Positions 62,236 to 64,000 of a stretch of 64,000 bases of DNA are shown here, one piece after another. The notes beneath the pieces are model-generated. The model worked only from the letters and a program-made list of their open reading frames with translations. It was not told the DNA's origin and made no database searches. The translations under genes and the position numbers were made by a program. The first letter of the stretch is position 1, and the number at the start of each line of letters is the position of its first letter. The stretch is from Nemertoderma westbladi (lineage: Eukaryota > Animalia > Xenacoelomorpha). The DNA is taken from positions 37,773 to 101,772 of the forward strand of contig JAUCBJ010007601.1 in assembly GCA_032718475.1 (NCBI GenBank), written 5' to 3'.

Positions 62236-64000
62236 CTTAAAGATTAAACATAGAGGCCAGTCGATTACTTCCTGAAAGCTGACACATCTGATAAAAGACA
62301 CAATGCTGATTAATAGGGGACATGGATGTTTGTTTGCTAACTGTGGCACTGTTGTGTTGATAAGAGCGATATTACGGTAGTCGATACAGACCAGCTGGGG
62401 GAATTCATAGCTCTGTAAGAATTGTGGTCTTTCTAGCTTCCACAAACAGACTGACATTGGATAATGCCTGTTCTAGAATGCTGAGTAGTATTTGTGCACC
62501 ATCCAATGTTAATGACATTAAATCGAGATCATCAGAAAATCCAAACTCTTAGTCGAAGTGAGTTACCGGTAGTGGTTTATTCTACTTCTGGGTGTTCCTG
62601 TATTTCCACCTCATCTATATTATGTTGGCCGAAACCCATTCGTAGCACATAGTCCACCAAAACCACAATTATCCTGTCTGTAACTCCATCTGTTGTAGAA
62701 AGACAATGTTAGGAAGCCATCATCCAGTGATTTGATTGTAAAAAATTGAGTCACAAATCATGGATAAACCCAGCATACGCAGCATACAGCAGCATACATT
62801 GCAGCAAAAAAATAGTGAAGGCCTATCGTTCCTTCACTCTATGACGTCTTTTTAAACCACAAAATTAAATTACGCATTCTCGATACTGGGTTGTTGGCAA
62901 GTTTGTCATTGCGTTTCTGTTTAACAGTTCCCCAGGTAGTGACTCTGTAATTGGATTGGTATACAGTGTAGGAATAGGATGAACTCGTGACTATCCCGTG
63001 GACTACAGGGAATCGCGTAGATGTATTATTGAAAGTCCAGGACTCCGGTACAATCACTGTAAAGCCGATTATATTTACCTAACGAGGTTGGGATGTGACT
63101 CCACAAGGTTTGGAATATTGATAGTACATATTTAAAAAGCACTAAAATCTCAAAACGTTTTCCTCACCAAAAAGTCAAACTATGGTAAGTCAATTTTTGT
63201 GATTATGAGAAATCAGTTAACAAGATATGTAGGATATATAGTCATAAACATTTTGTAGTGTGTTCTATTTCAGCGCGGTTTGAAGCTACTTGTAGAAAAA
63301 CTATTCTATTTGTATTTATAATTAGGCATTTCGCCAAAAAACATGTAAATTGTCTCAACAACAAAAAAACAAATAATAATATAAGCATGTCGGACATACG
63401 ATAGTTTGACAAAACGGTATTTGAATCAAAATGGCGGTTACCACACTTTGTCAAAAATAAATTTTATGGAATGCTATTATGCTATTATTATGCTATTATT
63501 ATGCTTTCATGATTTGGATGACGAGCGTAGAGAGTCAACAAATGTGAATTTATTTTGATCCGTTTATAAAATGTGAGTGCATTTTTTTCACGAGCTGACG
63601 AGCAAGGTGTTTGATATTTTCGGAGGAAGACAAGTGTTATTGCAAAGAAAAACGTGTTGAAATTTTTATTGCATGTATTGCAAAATAGGTTGTTTTACAG
63701 CTGTTCTGGCTCTAAGATTATGCTCTATATGATTAATATCTATCTACAATACCAAAACAAGTAACGCGAGTTAAGTTTATTCAATTTTATTGTCATTTTA
63801 AAATAATTTACTTATAATGTTGTAGATATTAATAATGATGTGATTTATATTCTATCTATGAAATTTATATGTGGAATCTCATCTAACTATTTCTCACATT
63901 AGGATAAAATTAACTAACTATATTTGCGATAAACTTATTCTCTCTACTGACAACTGAACTTCATTCATGTTGGAGAAGTTCGTACTGGAGAAGGTATGAG

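Noticed and set aside
62188-63454. Short minus-strand ORFs as exons of another gene
   Set aside because: No recognisable motifs or convincing splice-phase chain.

Overview
AT-rich metazoan (invertebrate-like) genomic DNA in three parts. (1) 1-19153: about 465 copies of a 41-bp satellite with kb-scale internal duplications. (2) 19154-30655: a young full-length BEL/Pao LTR retrotransposon with 452-bp LTRs that look identical and a gag-PR-RT-RH-IN polyprotein broken by one frameshift at the RT YVDD motif. It has no target-site duplication and no tRNA primer-binding site. Instead, the 12 nt after the 5' LTR are the exact complement of 12 nt lying about 30 nt below a TATA-like box inside the LTR, with a 9-bp stem directly adjacent. 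This is the Tf1-type self-priming layout, here in a BEL/Pao element, and is the most novel signal in the window. (3) 30656-64000: nested DNA transposons (hAT, Sola-like, TTAA foldback elements), RTE and CR1-type LINE pieces, tRNA/Meta SINEs, two Penelope-type minimal hammerhead motifs, and a roughly 10-exon minus-strand gene for a divergent nicotinic-receptor-like Cys-loop channel subunit. That subunit lacks the loop-C vicinal cysteines, has an anion-type PAK filter and may carry a furin-cleavable N-terminal extension. All calls were made by eye; no searches or folding programs were run.
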